Source: Mytilus edulis | Lineage: Eukaryota | DNA length: 64,000 nt | Direction: 5' to 3' | NCBI RefSeq assembly: GCF_963676685.1 | Contig: NC_092355.1 | Location: 13,330,001 to 13,394,000, forward strand | In this document: positions 13,201 to 26,345 of the stretch, piece after piece | Layout of the letters: every line of letters starts with the position of its first letter | Numbering within the stretch: position 1 is the first letter of the stretch | The notes under the pieces: generated by a model | The model's input: the letters and a program-made list of their open reading frames with translations, nothing else | Told to the model about the DNA's origin: nothing | Databases searched by the model: none | Translations under genes and position numbers: made by a program

Positions 13201-14593
13201 TTTGATAACTATTATGGATTTTCGAATCAATTATTTAAATACATTTGCAATAGTAAATATAACATGCATACTTTAATAAATAAAAGTTAATACTTAACTG
13301 ACAATTAATTGGCACATGCTAGCTGAGGTAAAACTGTGCAATATTTTTATTTAAGGATTTATCGGGTGTTTCTTCATCATCACTGTACAGATTTATCATA
13401 ACAGTTGACATTTCTATGATTTTGAAAATCAAACATGCTGGTATGACTTGATCCAGAAAAGTAAAAGCAAAGAATTAAATTTATGTGTAACAAAAAAAAT
13501 TACATGAAACGAAAATAAGAGTAAACATATAAGAAAACGCCAAGAGGTATAAAAGAAAGCGCTGCGCCATGAGCTCAAGATACGTTTGTCGCAATATGAA
13601 TTGTTATTGTCCAAAAACTAGAAAAATGACTCTTTCTAGAATACAATTCCATAACTTGAAAGCGTACAATCTTACATTTATAAAAATCGAAATGGAGCTT
13701 ACGTCAATAGATATGAACAATTCAACAACATTTGTTTCAAACCTTTTTGAGTTATATTCCAACATGTTTACGACGGACTGACGGACGGACAAACAGGCGA
13801 AAAAAGGTAGACCATAAAACATGCCGCAAACGGGCTTATAAACAGAAAAAAAAAGATACCAAGAGGGCAATCAAAATAACGAGTTTAAGGGACAACGCCT
13901 TTGCAAAAAACCTATCACTTGGACAAAAAATAAATCAAAACATACATCTGAGCAACACCTATCTTACTTAAAAGAGGATGATCACATATGCTCTTCAAGA
14001 GTAAGTCGATCCTGTCAAATAAGTGACGCCAATTATTTTGTTTTAAAATTGGAATCACAAGTAACAGATAGAGTCTTTGATCTCTGTTAATGACTTAATT
14101 ATTTCAACCGAAAGGGTATTGCAAGAGACGCTCAAAGAGGCTAATTCTTCCCTCATTGTGATATTTTTCATTGCTGTTTCATTGCTTCAGAATATTATCA
14201 ACTATGAAATAAATAAAAAAAAGTACATTTTTTGTATCAGTTAAAAACATTTGTGGATTTTTTTTTCATCATGTAATATACAGTTGTCAGATCTGAAATT
14301 ATTGCAAAATGTCAAGTTAAAATAAAGACATGACAGCTACTATTTGTAAAATGTACAAATTTAAATGTAAAATTTGAAACAAGAAACCTCAATCTTTAAA
14401 ATAGAAATATCAAGGTGGAACTGGGAAATTTCAAGTTTTAAGTCAGAAATAACTTGCACTCTAAGACATTTGCAAATCTGAATTTATCGTTCGTATGAAT
14501 GACGTATCTGTCTAAACTTTATTTAGATTCAGATTTAGGTGACCCAACCTGATAAGGTAACACATGTGTCACCTGTTAGAAATGATAAGAACA

Positions 14594-17118
14594 ATGTCTT
14601 CTTATTTAACAGTATTTATATTTGGATATGCCTGTGGAATTGTATTGGCTCAGCATTCCTCTAAAACGGTTTGCATTTAAATTTTCATTTTAAAAATAAA
14701 ACATTATTTGCGCATTCAGTTCCGTAGAAATGTCATTAATCATGTTAATAATCGTTTTTTTTTTCTTTGTTTTAAGTTATAAATAAAGGCAACGGTAGTT
14801 TACCGCTGTTCTAAAATTCATAAATCGATTGAGAAGAAAACAAATCCGGGTTACAAACTAAAACTGAGGGAAACACATAAAAAATAAGAAGAAAACTACG
14901 ACACGTTCTCTTTCATTATTGATCAATATGCGTTATTGATGTCAGTGAGAAATATCTCTCCCAAAGTCACAAATTTAGACAAGGAAGTAAACAATTAAAG
15001 ACCACTGTGTTGTCTTCAACAATTATCTAAGACCATACCGGAAAGTCAGCAATAAAAGACCCCGAAAGGACAAATGTAAAACAATTCATCGAAAATAATT
15101 ACATTGGGTTTAATACACTACAATGCATAGGCTCCTGACTCAGGACTCGCACGTACAGCACTCGCAACACCCTCTTGGTGTGTTTTGTGTTGACTCGATA
15201 TCTCATTTTTATATCATTAATAACATCATTGTCTGAAATGTTTGAAATGTTCCTTACATACAAGATTATTCGGAAAAAGAAATATGTCGTCAAATCACTT
15301 AAGTTAGAATTGAACATTGTTTCTGTTTTATGATTTTGAAAACCGCTTTTGTATCATCCATTTTTCATTTAAATTTGATATAATGAAATAGGTGTGTCAT
15401 CTACGGAGTAATCAGTTTTTTATAAATAATTCGTAAAAGGAACAGTGTAACAATAAGGAGTCTTTTTCCCACATTGAATATAAATACAATATTATGGGCA
15501 TGTATGTTTTTTCCGAGTTATCTTCCCTTGAAAAATATCTAGATCTACATATTTATGAAATAAACCGTAGCCGATTTAATCTTTATGTGTGTATAAGTAA
15601 GCGAAATAATAAAATGTATTATACTCTCATTGCATAACAGTATATAATATCAAGCATGACCTAATACATCAAGAATAAGACCACTGTTTGAACATTTTAT
15701 TGATCATTAGATATTAAAATGATCAAAATCAGATATAATTTTTGTCCCATGACATATATATATATTAAATTCTTATGGTACAGTTGTTCCATTTTTTTTT
15801 CTAAAGTTCTTCAACTTTGTTATTGATATAATCCAACTGTATCGAACATTGATAACTAAATAGTAAGCCTGCTATCATTCCTGAGATTCATTTTGTATAC
15901 TGCATTTTCAGTTCGATTGTGTAATTCACAAATGTGTTCTTGATTTATCACAAGTTACCATATTGTTTATACACCTTTCCATGTGTTTTATCTTGGTTTT
16001 TGCTCATATCCAACCCCGTCATATTGCTGTTTAAAATTCTAGTTGCCAGACATTACTGATAAGAATGGTGGATGGTGTATGATGAGAGGTGAATGTGGAA
16101 ATGATAAGTTAAGCTGTGCTTATGATGGACCACCTTCCCCACTTATCAATCCAGAGGCTGTTGGTATTTTAAATCAATACTGTCCTTTCATGGTCCCAGG
16201 TAGGTTAACTTATTGTTCTCCAACAAAGCATAGACATTCATTGTCGTATAAGTAGTCACCTCGCATGCGATGTCGTAAAAGAAAAACAACTGCAGTCATA
16301 CAACGATAAGGTATACCGTACGTAATTGAGGTATGGAACTCATAATTCGTGTATTGACTGCAGGTTATCCAACCACTAGTTTTGCCCAAACCCATTCAAT
16401 CCTTATTTAATCCACATCAGATGGGTTAAATACTGCATAGCTGAGGAAAACCAAATGTTTATCGATTTTGTATATAAACGGAAACTCTTGCACATCTCTA
16501 TTTCAAATCAGTGTTTGCATTTGACACTATTTTTCTAAAATAATTTCAGGGGATCAGCCTTCAACATGTTGTAACGCGGATCAAGTGTTTACTTTTAACA
16601 AAATCTTCGGGTTCGTAAAAGAAGAATTTACAAGATGTCCGGTATGTTTCGATAACTTCATCAGCATGTTTTGTCTATTAGTATGCAGTTCATATCAGAG
16701 TACCTTAGCAAGTGCCAATGTCACAATCGATAGTTTTACTAAGCAAAAAGTAGTGACGTCAGTCGATTATTACGTAGCACGTGATTATGTGGATGGAATG
16801 TTTAATTCATGTGCCAATGTTAGAACGCCTTATTCAAACGAAAAAGCAATTAGTCGCATGTGTGGTGAGACAGCATCAGCATGCACCCCAGAAAACTTTC
16901 TTAAGTTCGTAGGATCAAAGTCAAACAGGCTTGTTACGTATGATATATCTTTTAAAGAAACAGATAAACCTTTTGTTCGAGTTGGAAATAAAACATTCGT
17001 TCCTATGAATTACACCACTACACCGTGTACCGATAGATGCCAATGTAAGGATTGTAATACAACTGTTTGTCCACCACCACCTGCAAACACGAGCGTGCCT
17101 AAATGGAAGCTGTTCTGA
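14594..17118 (+). CDS. Stand-alone secreted NPC1 N-terminal-domain (sterol-binding fold) protein, ~266 aa
   Basis: Exon 1 14594-14668 (MSSYLTVFIFGYACGIVLAQHSSKT, signal-peptide-like, phase 0, donor GTTTGC; alternative in-frame ATG at 14582). Exon 2 16043-16199 (WCMMRGECG...SCAYDGPPSPL...YCP, phase 1). Exon 3 16550-17118 (TCCNADQ...RCPVCFDNFISMFCLLVCS...MFNSC...MCG...CQCKDC..VCPPPP). 18 Cys in the NPC1-NTD spacing; stop falls before TM1. Exon 1 is less certain than exons 2-3. Confidence 0.9.
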
Positions 17119-17182
17119 TGGGGAGAACAAGTAGCAAAGCAAAAGGCGTATTAGATGTATTTAATGTTGCAGCACACGAGCG

Positions 17183-17188
17183 AATAAA
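17183..17188 (+). promoter_or_regulatory. Polyadenylation signal of NPC1-NTD gene
   Basis: AATAAA 64 nt after the TGA. Confidence 0.55.
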
Positions 17189-18639
17189 ATTTAGATTACA
17201 ATTATGTCTGTTCATAGATCCTTTCTGGAGAGTAAATGATGCATGTAGGCAAACAATGCATGTTCCTAGTCAGTAATATGACAGATGTTATTCTATTCGT
17301 TTGATGTGTTTGAGCTTTTAATTTTGTTACTTGATAACAATCTTTCTGTTTTGAAATGTCCTCGGAGATGGTTTTTTTCGTTGTTTTAATAATCAAAAAC
17401 TCGTCCTTGTAAATGACGTCAGTTAAAACACTTACAAATGTAAATTAGTGTATGTTCTACGTGATTGACTGCTGTGTTTACGCCGTCAATTCAACATTGT
17501 TCAGTGAAAAATAGATATTGCAAATTTAGCACAAAATTAATTTTAAACTAAAAACAAGTTCCGTTTAGCGATTAACCATTAGGAAATTACTGTCAGTTGG
17601 CTGTTAAATTATACAATTTTTCATTGTATTCAATCCTGTTAATTTTTAAATGTTGTTATATATCGTGTTTATTTTCTCAAAATAGATCATTAAAATTAAC
17701 AGTATATTTTACGAAATCAGCAACGATAAACTTGATGGTAAATTGCATTCCCAATTTTATTTACAATCATCAACAACAATTTCTTTATATTCAAAACACT
17801 ATTAAATAATCATAGATTTGTACATGGAACTGTCCAAAAGAGGGGTGAAAGATACCAGAGGGACAATCAAACTCATAGATCGAATATAATCTGACAACGC
17901 CATGGCTAAGATATAAAAAGACAAACAGACAAATCATTGTACTATGACACAACATAGAAAGTTAAAGACTAAACAAAACAAACCACATCAGATCCTTTAT
18001 GTGATCTTATATGTTCCGGAAGGGTAGGCAAATCCTGCTCTTATTGTTGTCAATATCAGCTCTGGTATCATTAGAGATTCAGCTATATATCGGACTGAGT
18101 GCTTAAGCCCACATGCAAGATATGGGTCGAGGAATGATACAAGAGCCGATACGGAAAATTCCACGATATGATATATTTATCATGGCTAACGACATTGAAA
18201 CGAAAAACATAATAAACGGTTAATAATAAGATGGAAAAATAATTTGTTTATTTGCTTTCAATTTGTGTTTCTTTGTTTGGTTTTGCTTTTTTCTCCATAG
18301 TATAGCATTTCGATTATACCTCTGTAATATAGCATGGGAGCCCCATATAGTCTCCGGTTATTTGCACTGAGCAGCAATATGACAAAACTCAACGTATTCC
18401 AAACAAATATGTGAGAATAGTGTTAACGATATACTGCAAAAAAAATGTTTGTAATATATCATCTTATTTGGCCTCATACGTGTAAGGTTAATGTATTTTA
18501 TTTTCAATTTGACAAGAACAGCTAGTAATAATAGCTAGGCCATCACACAAAACAGCAATCAGACACTTGCTTCCTTCAAATAACATCCTGGTAAACCTGC
18601 GTTTAACCTGAACATACATGTTATTACAAAGGCCTTCAC

Positions 18640-19010
18640 GAGTTGGTTTACCACTATGGAATATCCGTTTCACAGATGATATCGGATATGTTCCTAATGA
18701 CGTTACTACAATCCCGTATCCTTTTCCCGACTGTGACCTACCACATTAGAATATTTACCGGGTTGGTAATAGCACGAGCAATTCGACGTTTGTCAGATAT
18801 GAAACATAATCTGCTTACACTTCCGATGCATATAATATCACCCCCTAGTGTTTGGTGGAGTGCGTGTTGCTCATTTTTGTTTCTATGTTGTGTTTTGTGT
18901 ACTATTGTGTGTCTGTTTGTCTTTATTTTTTTCTTTCTTTTTTAGCCATGGTATTGTCAGTTTATTTTCTATATATGAGTTTGAATGTCCCTTTGGTATC
19001 TTTCGATCCT
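18640..19010. mobile_element. Penelope-like 3'/pLTR-type repeat
   Basis: Same family as 17840-18040 (opposite strand), 21095-21450, 42310-42490 and 60640-60960. Confidence 0.6.
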
Positions 19011-19539
19011 TTTTTTTTTTTTTTGCTACTTGTATCAGAATAATATGTGTACTGTTTAGATAATTATTAAACAGCGTTTTGAATTCAAAGAAATTGGGGT
19101 CGATAGTTATATTATAAAATGAGGTAGGTAGTACTTCAATATACGATCATGTTTATCACAACTCATATATATATTGAGTCGATTCTAGTGGTCGTTTAAA
19201 GCTGATCGAACTACTGAAAAAACTATATAACAACATTGTCGCAATTACAGGATTAAATGAATGAACAACGATATAAATGTACATCTGCATTATATTTTGG
19301 TAATATACTTTTTAAGAAAAAAGAGTAAAATTTCGTGGAGTTTATTATGCTTATATGTAAAGTAAAAAAAAACACTATGTTGCTAAGTATCAAATACTGA
19401 CATGCAAATGATAGCCTTCGTGTATCTAAATCTTCATTGTTGTATTTTTAAGATAAAAACTGAAAAATTAAAAACTACTCAAAATCGGTATAAACAGTGA
19501 AAATCAATATCAACTAATCTGTCTTTTTTTAAGCTGATA

Positions 19540-19819
19540 TACCGTACAGCAGGTATACGAATTTATTTTGGCGTTTATTATTTTGGCAGATTTAAAACTT
19601 TTATCAATACCTTTGTATGTAAACTTTGGAATTCGTTATCAATACCTTTGTATGTAAACTTTGGAATTCGTTATCAATACCTTTGTATGTAAACTTTGGA
19701 ATTCGTTATCAATACCTTTGCATGTAAACTTTGGAATTCGCGTAATTTACCTAAAAGTTTGCGATTTTGTTCTATCCGCGAAAATTTACTCCCCGCGATT
19801 ATAACCCTCTATACAGTAT
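19540..19819. mobile_element. MITE containing a 35-bp x4 tandem expansion (19601-19740)
   Basis: Ends ATACCGTA.../...TACAGTAT; unit TTATCAATACCTTTGTATGTAAACTTTGGAATTCG; the paralogous MITE at 63623-63844 has a single unit. Confidence 0.7.
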
Positions 19820-20629
19820 GTCCTTGTTTGAAAACATATCCTAAATAACGTTAATTCAGTCACAATATATACCAAGGTCAATGCAGAAATATAAGTTGAT
19901 CACAATGTTCTTGAAAAATGTCAATTCCATTAATTAAATTGTTGTTTTATTTTTATTTGTTTCATCGGTAACCATACATATCCTATTTGTTTCCTCTAAC
20001 ATATCAATACATTGTTGTTTTTAGAATAATACGACACGTCATTTTTAGAGGAAACAATTATTTTTTTTATGAACATTTGATGTCAATATTAAATTTTGAC
20101 AAATGAAAAACTAAGATCAATCGTTGATGAAATAAGAATAAGGATGATAATGAATGGGATAAGAATAAGAGAAGTATATTAATACCTATGACACGACACG
20201 AAAGATCATATATTAATCACTCTGTCAGTATGCTGTTATACATTTCTTAAGAAATAAACACAACAATAGGAGACAAATGAAGAGACAAATGAAAATTTCA
20301 AGGTTACAAATACAAGATAATGTTGTCTTTTTTCTATATAGTTGTTTTGACAAAAACAAATCCTTTTTCGATCTCTGCACTTTTATTATGTTATTAGTTA
20401 AAAATTTGGTGTGCATTTGATAGAATGATTTAAAAAAAAAAAGACTTTTAAATTTAAAAATTGCTTGGAAGGGATAAAGATAAAGATATATGTGTTTATA
20501 GAATTACGAATAAACACCAGATTTTATCCAAAAAAATCATCTAAGCCTTTGCACTGCGACTTTCCAAGAGTGCATATGTTCAAACATACATGTATGCATG
20601 TGCTTCAGTCAGAAAGCTATAAAACAAGG

Positions 20630-21575
20630 TTAATCTACCTTATTCTTTAACTCTACTTTCCGCTATATAGATGATGTTCTTTCACTGAATAATTCAAAAT
20701 TTGGTGACTATGTCGAATGCATTTATCCCATTGAACTAGGGATAAAGGATACAACAGATACAGTTAAGTCGGCCTCATATCTTGACTTACATCTAGAAAT
20801 TGACAATAAGGGTCGATTGAAAACAAAACTTTACGACAAAAGAGATGATTTCAGCTTTCTAATTGTGAACTTTTCATTTCTAAAAATCATCATTCCAGCA
20901 GCACCTGCATACGGTGTATATATCTCCCAATTGAAACGATATTCCCGTGCATGCATTTCCCATCATGATTTTCTTGATAGAGGGTTATTGTTTACAAGGA
21001 TGCTTAAAAATTTAGAGTTCCAAATGGTGAAGTTGAAATCATATCTTCGTCAATTTTACGGACGCCATCACGAAATTGGTTGACCGTTATCGAATAAAAG
21101 AGGGACGAAAGATACCAAAGAGACAGTCAAACTCATAAATCTAAAACAAACTGACAACGCCATGGCTAAAAATGAAAAAGACAAACAGAAAAACAATAGT
21201 AAACATGACACAAAATAGAAAACTAAAGAATAAACAACACGAACCCCACCAAAAACTAGGGGTGATCTCAGGTGCTCCGGAAGGGTAAGCAGATCCTGCT
21301 CCACATGTGGCACCCGTCGTGTTGCTTATGTGATTACAAAATTTTAATCCAGTAAATAGTCTAATTCGGTAGGTCACATTCATGAAAGGGAAGGGAATTG
21401 TAGTTACGACGTAAGGAACATATCCGATATCATTTTTGAAACGGTTATTACTGCTTCACAAATGATATAGGATATGTTTTGTACGGCGTAACTATAGTCC
21501 CTTTCCCTTTCATAAATGTGACCTGCCAAGTTAGACTATTTAGCGGATTTGTTATCTCATAAGCAACACGACGGA
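20630..21575 (+). mobile_element. Penelope-like retroelement RT C-terminal remnant with inverted terminal repeat
   Basis: YIDDVLSLNN...LYDKRDDFSF.IVNF...PAYGVYISQL.RYSRAC; ~125-bp palindrome arms 21315-21441/21456-21575. Confidence 0.8.
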
Positions 21576-22164
21576 GCTTTCTATTTTTATTATTTTACTT
21601 TTTTTTTTATATTATTAAATCATTTTATCATTTTAAAGCTGCGCTCTATCTTTTTCAAATGATGGCATATATTGGGATCGTAAGTCTGATTAATTTTCTT
21701 GTATTTTTGAAAAAAAATACTATTGAATGTTGAAAAGTTCTTACATGCTATATAGCCGAATATCTTTTTAACATCAACGAAAGTATTAATACATAAAGCA
21801 AAGGTTTTAGCTGCTGTAGTATCTTTGATCTTCAATCAAATCAGATAAACAAGACACACTAAATTACTAAAATGAGGTCATCGTTTGAATTAGTGTATTT
21901 GTCGTTGCAATCAGTGCTGTTCTTTTCAAAAGAAAGAAATGATTGTTAAATTGATTGATTGATGTTTTGAGCTACTTTCAAAGCTATTGTGTTATTGTTT
22001 AGTTGTTCTTTTATTGAATGTGAAAATCGGAGTTTCTGTAGGGTAACCACCGATCTTCTGTAAGAAAATTGACTATAATTGGCAATACAGATTGGAATAT
22101 ACAGCACCAGCAATCTGCGAGACTTGAACCAACAAACACCTCTGTTTTCACCTAAAGTTAAATC

Positions 22165-22800
22165 AAAATAAAATTGAGAATGAAAAAGGGGAATTTGTCA
22201 AAGCGACAACAATCCGACCACAGAGCAGACAACAGCCGAAGGCCATCAAAGCTCTTCAATGTAGCGAGAACCTCTCGCACCCGGAGACGTCCTTCAGCTG
22301 CCCCCTAAACAAATATGTATACTAGTTCAGTGCAAATGGACGTCATACTAAACTCCGAATTATACACAAGAAACTATATTTGAAAAGCATGCAAGACTAA
22401 CAAAGGCCAGAAGCTCCTGACTTAGGACAGGCACAAAATTGCGGCAAGGTTACACATGTTTTTTTGAGATCTCAACTCTCTCTCTATACCTCTAGTCAAT
22501 GAAGAAAATACAAACGCACAACAATTCGCACAGTAAAGCTCAATGTAAGAAAAGTCCAAGTCCGATGTCATAATATGAATCAAAAGAAAATTAACAAAAT
22601 GACAATAATACACAAATAACAACGGACTACTAGCAGCTACTGACATGACAGCTCCAGACCTGAATTAAACTGATTGAAATATTATGTCTTCATCATATGA
22701 GTATCAAGCACAATCCCTCCTGTTAGGGGTTAAATATTATACCAACAAGAAATATATGAGAAAAGCATAACTTGTGTCATGACAACAATTGGTCTTAGAA
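22165..22800. mobile_element. Dispersed non-coding repeat
   Basis: Reverse-complement copy at ~32990-33450; fragment at ~11960-12110. Confidence 0.6.
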
Positions 22801-23997
22801 TAAAAACTTACTGAACTTCGAGGAAACGAAAAGTCCATAAACAAACGGCAATTTGAATACCAAAAGTTCAAACACACAAAACGAATGGACAACAACTGCC
22901 ATACTCTTGACTTGGTACAGGCATTTTCTTAAGTCGAATTTTATGGAATAAACCTGGTTTTAAAGCTAGCTATATAGCTAAACCATTCACTTGTATGACA
23001 GTCGCATCAAATTGGATTATATTATAATGTTCGCTATGTGATAAATATGTTCGATGATCGTTGAAATATGTCGTCTGATCTAAATGGGTTAATGGGTGGA
23101 TTTATAATAGATTCTCACATGACGTGCTTCATTCGCTTTGTAAACAACACCGTGATAAAATTATCGATATGTCTATACTTAGCGCAGACTCAGAGATAAA
23201 CATAATACTGGATGTTACAATATACCTCCCACGTAAATCCGTATTGGAATTAATTTTCAAACGCTTTGCCGATTTTATTGTTTTAAAATAGCATTTAAGA
23301 AAAGACAAACAAACTTTTATTTTAACTCGGATGCATATTAAAAAGAAATAATGCACAAGAGTTCGGAAAAATCAACAAAATCAAAATAAAATAATATTCC
23401 GCGAAAGTCTATTATTTTTTTTTTTTTGGCGGATTTTTGTCATTTCAAAACATGAAGTCATACAAATGAAAACACTAGAGTTGAAGGTTTTCCGTAGCGT
23501 GGACCATCGAAATTTGTATAATATTGTCTTAAAATTGATTTTTGAGGTAGGTTTTGTTTTATTTTCTATTCTATTGCATTATTCGCATATTTACTGATTT
23601 CAGCAAGTCAACATGACGGCTCCTTATTTACGAAACGTCAACTTTGGATTTGACGGAAGCTGACGAAAAAAACAATATGTAAATTAAGAATGACAAACGC
23701 TGGTTTTGAGAATTAAAAAGAATCATTAAACAGATATTCTAGCGGCTATTCAAGAAATTTTCAACGCTAGATACATATCTATTAGAATGTTTGAACTTTA
23801 TTTAACAGGGAGTAAAAAAGAACAGCCACACAGGAAAGAAAAAAAAACGCTCAGGATAAAATTCGAATATCACGGCCCAGGCCATGTGTAAATTTCCAAC
23901 AAATCTATGGCTTCCATGAATTATTTCTTAAATAGATAATGGCATGAATGTTGGTGTATTTATATACTTACTTAACATCTTCACAATCATCAGGAAA

Positions 23998-24430
23998 ATG
24001 TAAAATCACAAAAATACTGAACTTAGAGGAAAATCGATTCGGAAAGTCCATGATCACATGGCAAAGTCAAATTACAAAACGCATCAGAAACAAATGGAAC
24101 TGTCATTTCCTGACTTGGTACAGGCATTTTCAAATGTAGAAAATGGTAGTTTAAACCTGGTTTTATAGCACTAATCCTATCACTTTGATGACAGTCTCAT
24201 CAAATTCCGTTATATTTACATTGATGCGTTAACTAAACAGACACAATAAATGAAATAGTCAAAATATGGATACATCAGTCATCATCGTATAACAATTTTA
24301 AAAGGAACAATTTAACAGAACACAAAAACATCTATCTACAAACACATTGATTTGTGTGTCTGACGTCAGAAAATTGTCGTTCAATGTGCATACAAACAAT
24401 TTTGAAATTTACATAGGCAATGTTAGCATT
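23998..24430. mobile_element. Dispersed repeat (CACAAAAATACTGAACT... family)
   Basis: Copies at ~6400-6800, ~22810-23020, ~31640-31770(rc), ~46670-46995(rc), ~56160-56530(rc). Confidence 0.65.
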
Positions 24431-24479
24431 CAGGGTTATAAGAATCCACAATTAGTTAATTCCACTACGCATTGAATTA

Positions 24480-26345
24480 GAACAATACCATACTGACGGA
24501 ATCTTTTAAAGTACAGAGTCACGTTATAAGAACCAAAAAAATATAAAAAGTTGCATGTACAAAACACACCACCAAAAATGAAAGACAATACAAACACATT
24601 GACGAGATGTATAAGTACCGAGCCACGTCAAACGGATATCACATAAAACCATTCAACAGTAAAAGTAATATTATTAATAGAACAAAGACAAATGAAAGAA
24701 CTATAAAACACGTTGTTAAGCTGATAAACAACATCAGTACGCAGAATCTATACATCAAGACCATCGTGTATTATTTGTGAAGTTGATACGGAATATTTAT
24801 CAACAAGGTCTTGGCACCTTCCGATGAACTTTTTTAGAAAAAGGACGAGAAGTTCTTTGACATACCTCTGGTTCATCAACTTTCTACTCAGACACTGATG
24901 ACGTTTTACAAAGTCTGAGTAGGAGCTGCAAGCTCTTGAATATCGAATAATTTGGGAAATATATATCCCATATGCAGGTGAAGTTGAAATATTGCTACTA
25001 AGGTGGGGGAAATTTATAATTTCAAATTTAAAATAGTCTCGTTTGTCATATATTCTGGTACTGAGATGACTGTGTAAGTCAAATTCGAGATATAAGTCTA
25101 AAAATGAGGCGGAGAAAGCCGTGTCTGTTGTTTCTTTAATCTCTTGTTCTGGGGGATATATTATTCTAGTGCAATTTGGATGTAACAATTGTTTTCATTG
25201 GCTAAAAGATGCCGGCAAATGCACAGTTGACCAGGCGTAACTAAGGAGGGACCCGCTATTTTGTATTGATGAATCAACAAATGTTCGATTACTACTATAT
25301 AATCAAAAATAAAACAACACCTACCTCGAATTCGCCGTTTTAATGTAATTTTATCCGAATTTGAAGCGTATAGGTAAAGTAATAACCTCCAGTTTGTAAG
25401 TTTTCATTTGTATGACGTCACGTTTAGGCATGACGTCTTTGTGCCAAAATCATTCATGAAGTTTCGCGGATTTTGTTTTATTTGACAAATTAAGACATTT
25501 TATCAAGTTTTATCGTATTTTTTTCTTTTTGTAATGCATTAGACTCGGAATAACAGTACTGTAGTTGAAGAGTTGCCACCGTCATTTTTTATTTGACGGT
25601 CGCAAATCTCCGTTTTACTGTCTCCGCTACGCGTTGCCAGTAAAACTGCATTTGCGACCGTCAAATCTACAATTGACGGTGGCAACTCTTCAACTACAGT
25701 ACTGTTCCTCCTTAAATGGAACCGAATCAGAAAATTTCGGATTGTTTATGGAAAGTACATCATCAATATATCTGAAAGTGAAATTAAATAATCTGGCTTC
25801 TTTGATCCTTTTGTTTTTGACAAGTGTCTGGAGGAAATCTGATTCATAAGAAAATGAGAAGAGGTCGGCAAGAAGAGGCGCACAGTTTGTTCCCATAGGA
25901 ATGCCGACAATTTTTTTGGAAAAGTCTACCTCCAAACTCAACAAATATGTTGTCGATAAGAAACTGCAGCGTACTGACCACTTGTTCTTCTGTGTAGCAT
26001 GTTTTACCTTTTTGTTTGTCACTATTAACGAAATATGCCTTATGAAATCCGAAAGTAATAAATTTATAGCGTATGCTACCATTTTTATATTGAAAGGCAT
26101 TATGGATTATTTCTTTATTGCCGATTTTTCAATTTCACATGGGGAATGGTGGTATACAGGGTTGAAAAATCAAAAGTTTTGATAGAACTAATTTCAGAAA
26201 AAGACAGAGATTTAAAAATGTCTAGAAGTTTTTTAGAATTTTTAAGAATCCACATATGGTTAATACCACTACGCGAGTAAACAGTTTCACAGTATTTCTG
26301 AAGACCCTCTTTCACTGCGGACAGAATTTTAGTCAATCTAATAGA
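24480..26345 (-). mobile_element. Penelope-like retroelement RT pseudogene interrupted by a ~550-bp insertion (~25163-25713)
   Basis: TFDFSTLYTTIPH, GIPMGTNCAPLLADLF, FRYIDDVLSINN, ASFLDL, YDKRD, PAYGIYISQIIRYSRAC across three broken ORFs. Confidence 0.88.
25552..25706. repeat. Near-perfect palindrome / MITE
   Basis: 33-bp perfect inverted repeat AACAGTACTGTAGTTGAAGAGTTGCCACCGTCA plus inner ATTTGACGGTCGCAAAT inverted repeat. Confidence 0.85.

Larger units (their letters stand above)
1..19960 (+). repeat. Segmental duplication, copy A
   Basis: Colinear matches to copy B, e.g. 1-170/48385-48510, 560-620/49030-49090, 1490-2180/49920-50625, 2450-3200/50845-51520, 3830-4950/51525-52340, 11190-11470/59170-59445, 18690-19400/60640-61330, 19420-19960/63495-63980. 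Confidence 0.9.

Noticed and set aside
17116-17155. Stop read-through or nonsense mutation in a full-length NPC1
   Set aside because: The post-stop frame (WGEQVAKQKAY*) is not a TM helix and no downstream NPC1 exons were found.
18643-19063. Hydrophobic Cys/Phe-rich ORFs (also 21068-21383, 60466-61006)
   Set aside because: Chance frames in a high-copy Penelope-associated repeat.
19601-19740. CRISPR-like 35-bp repeats
   Set aside because: Head-to-tail with no spacers, eukaryotic context, no cas genes; the same applies to the 94-bp array.
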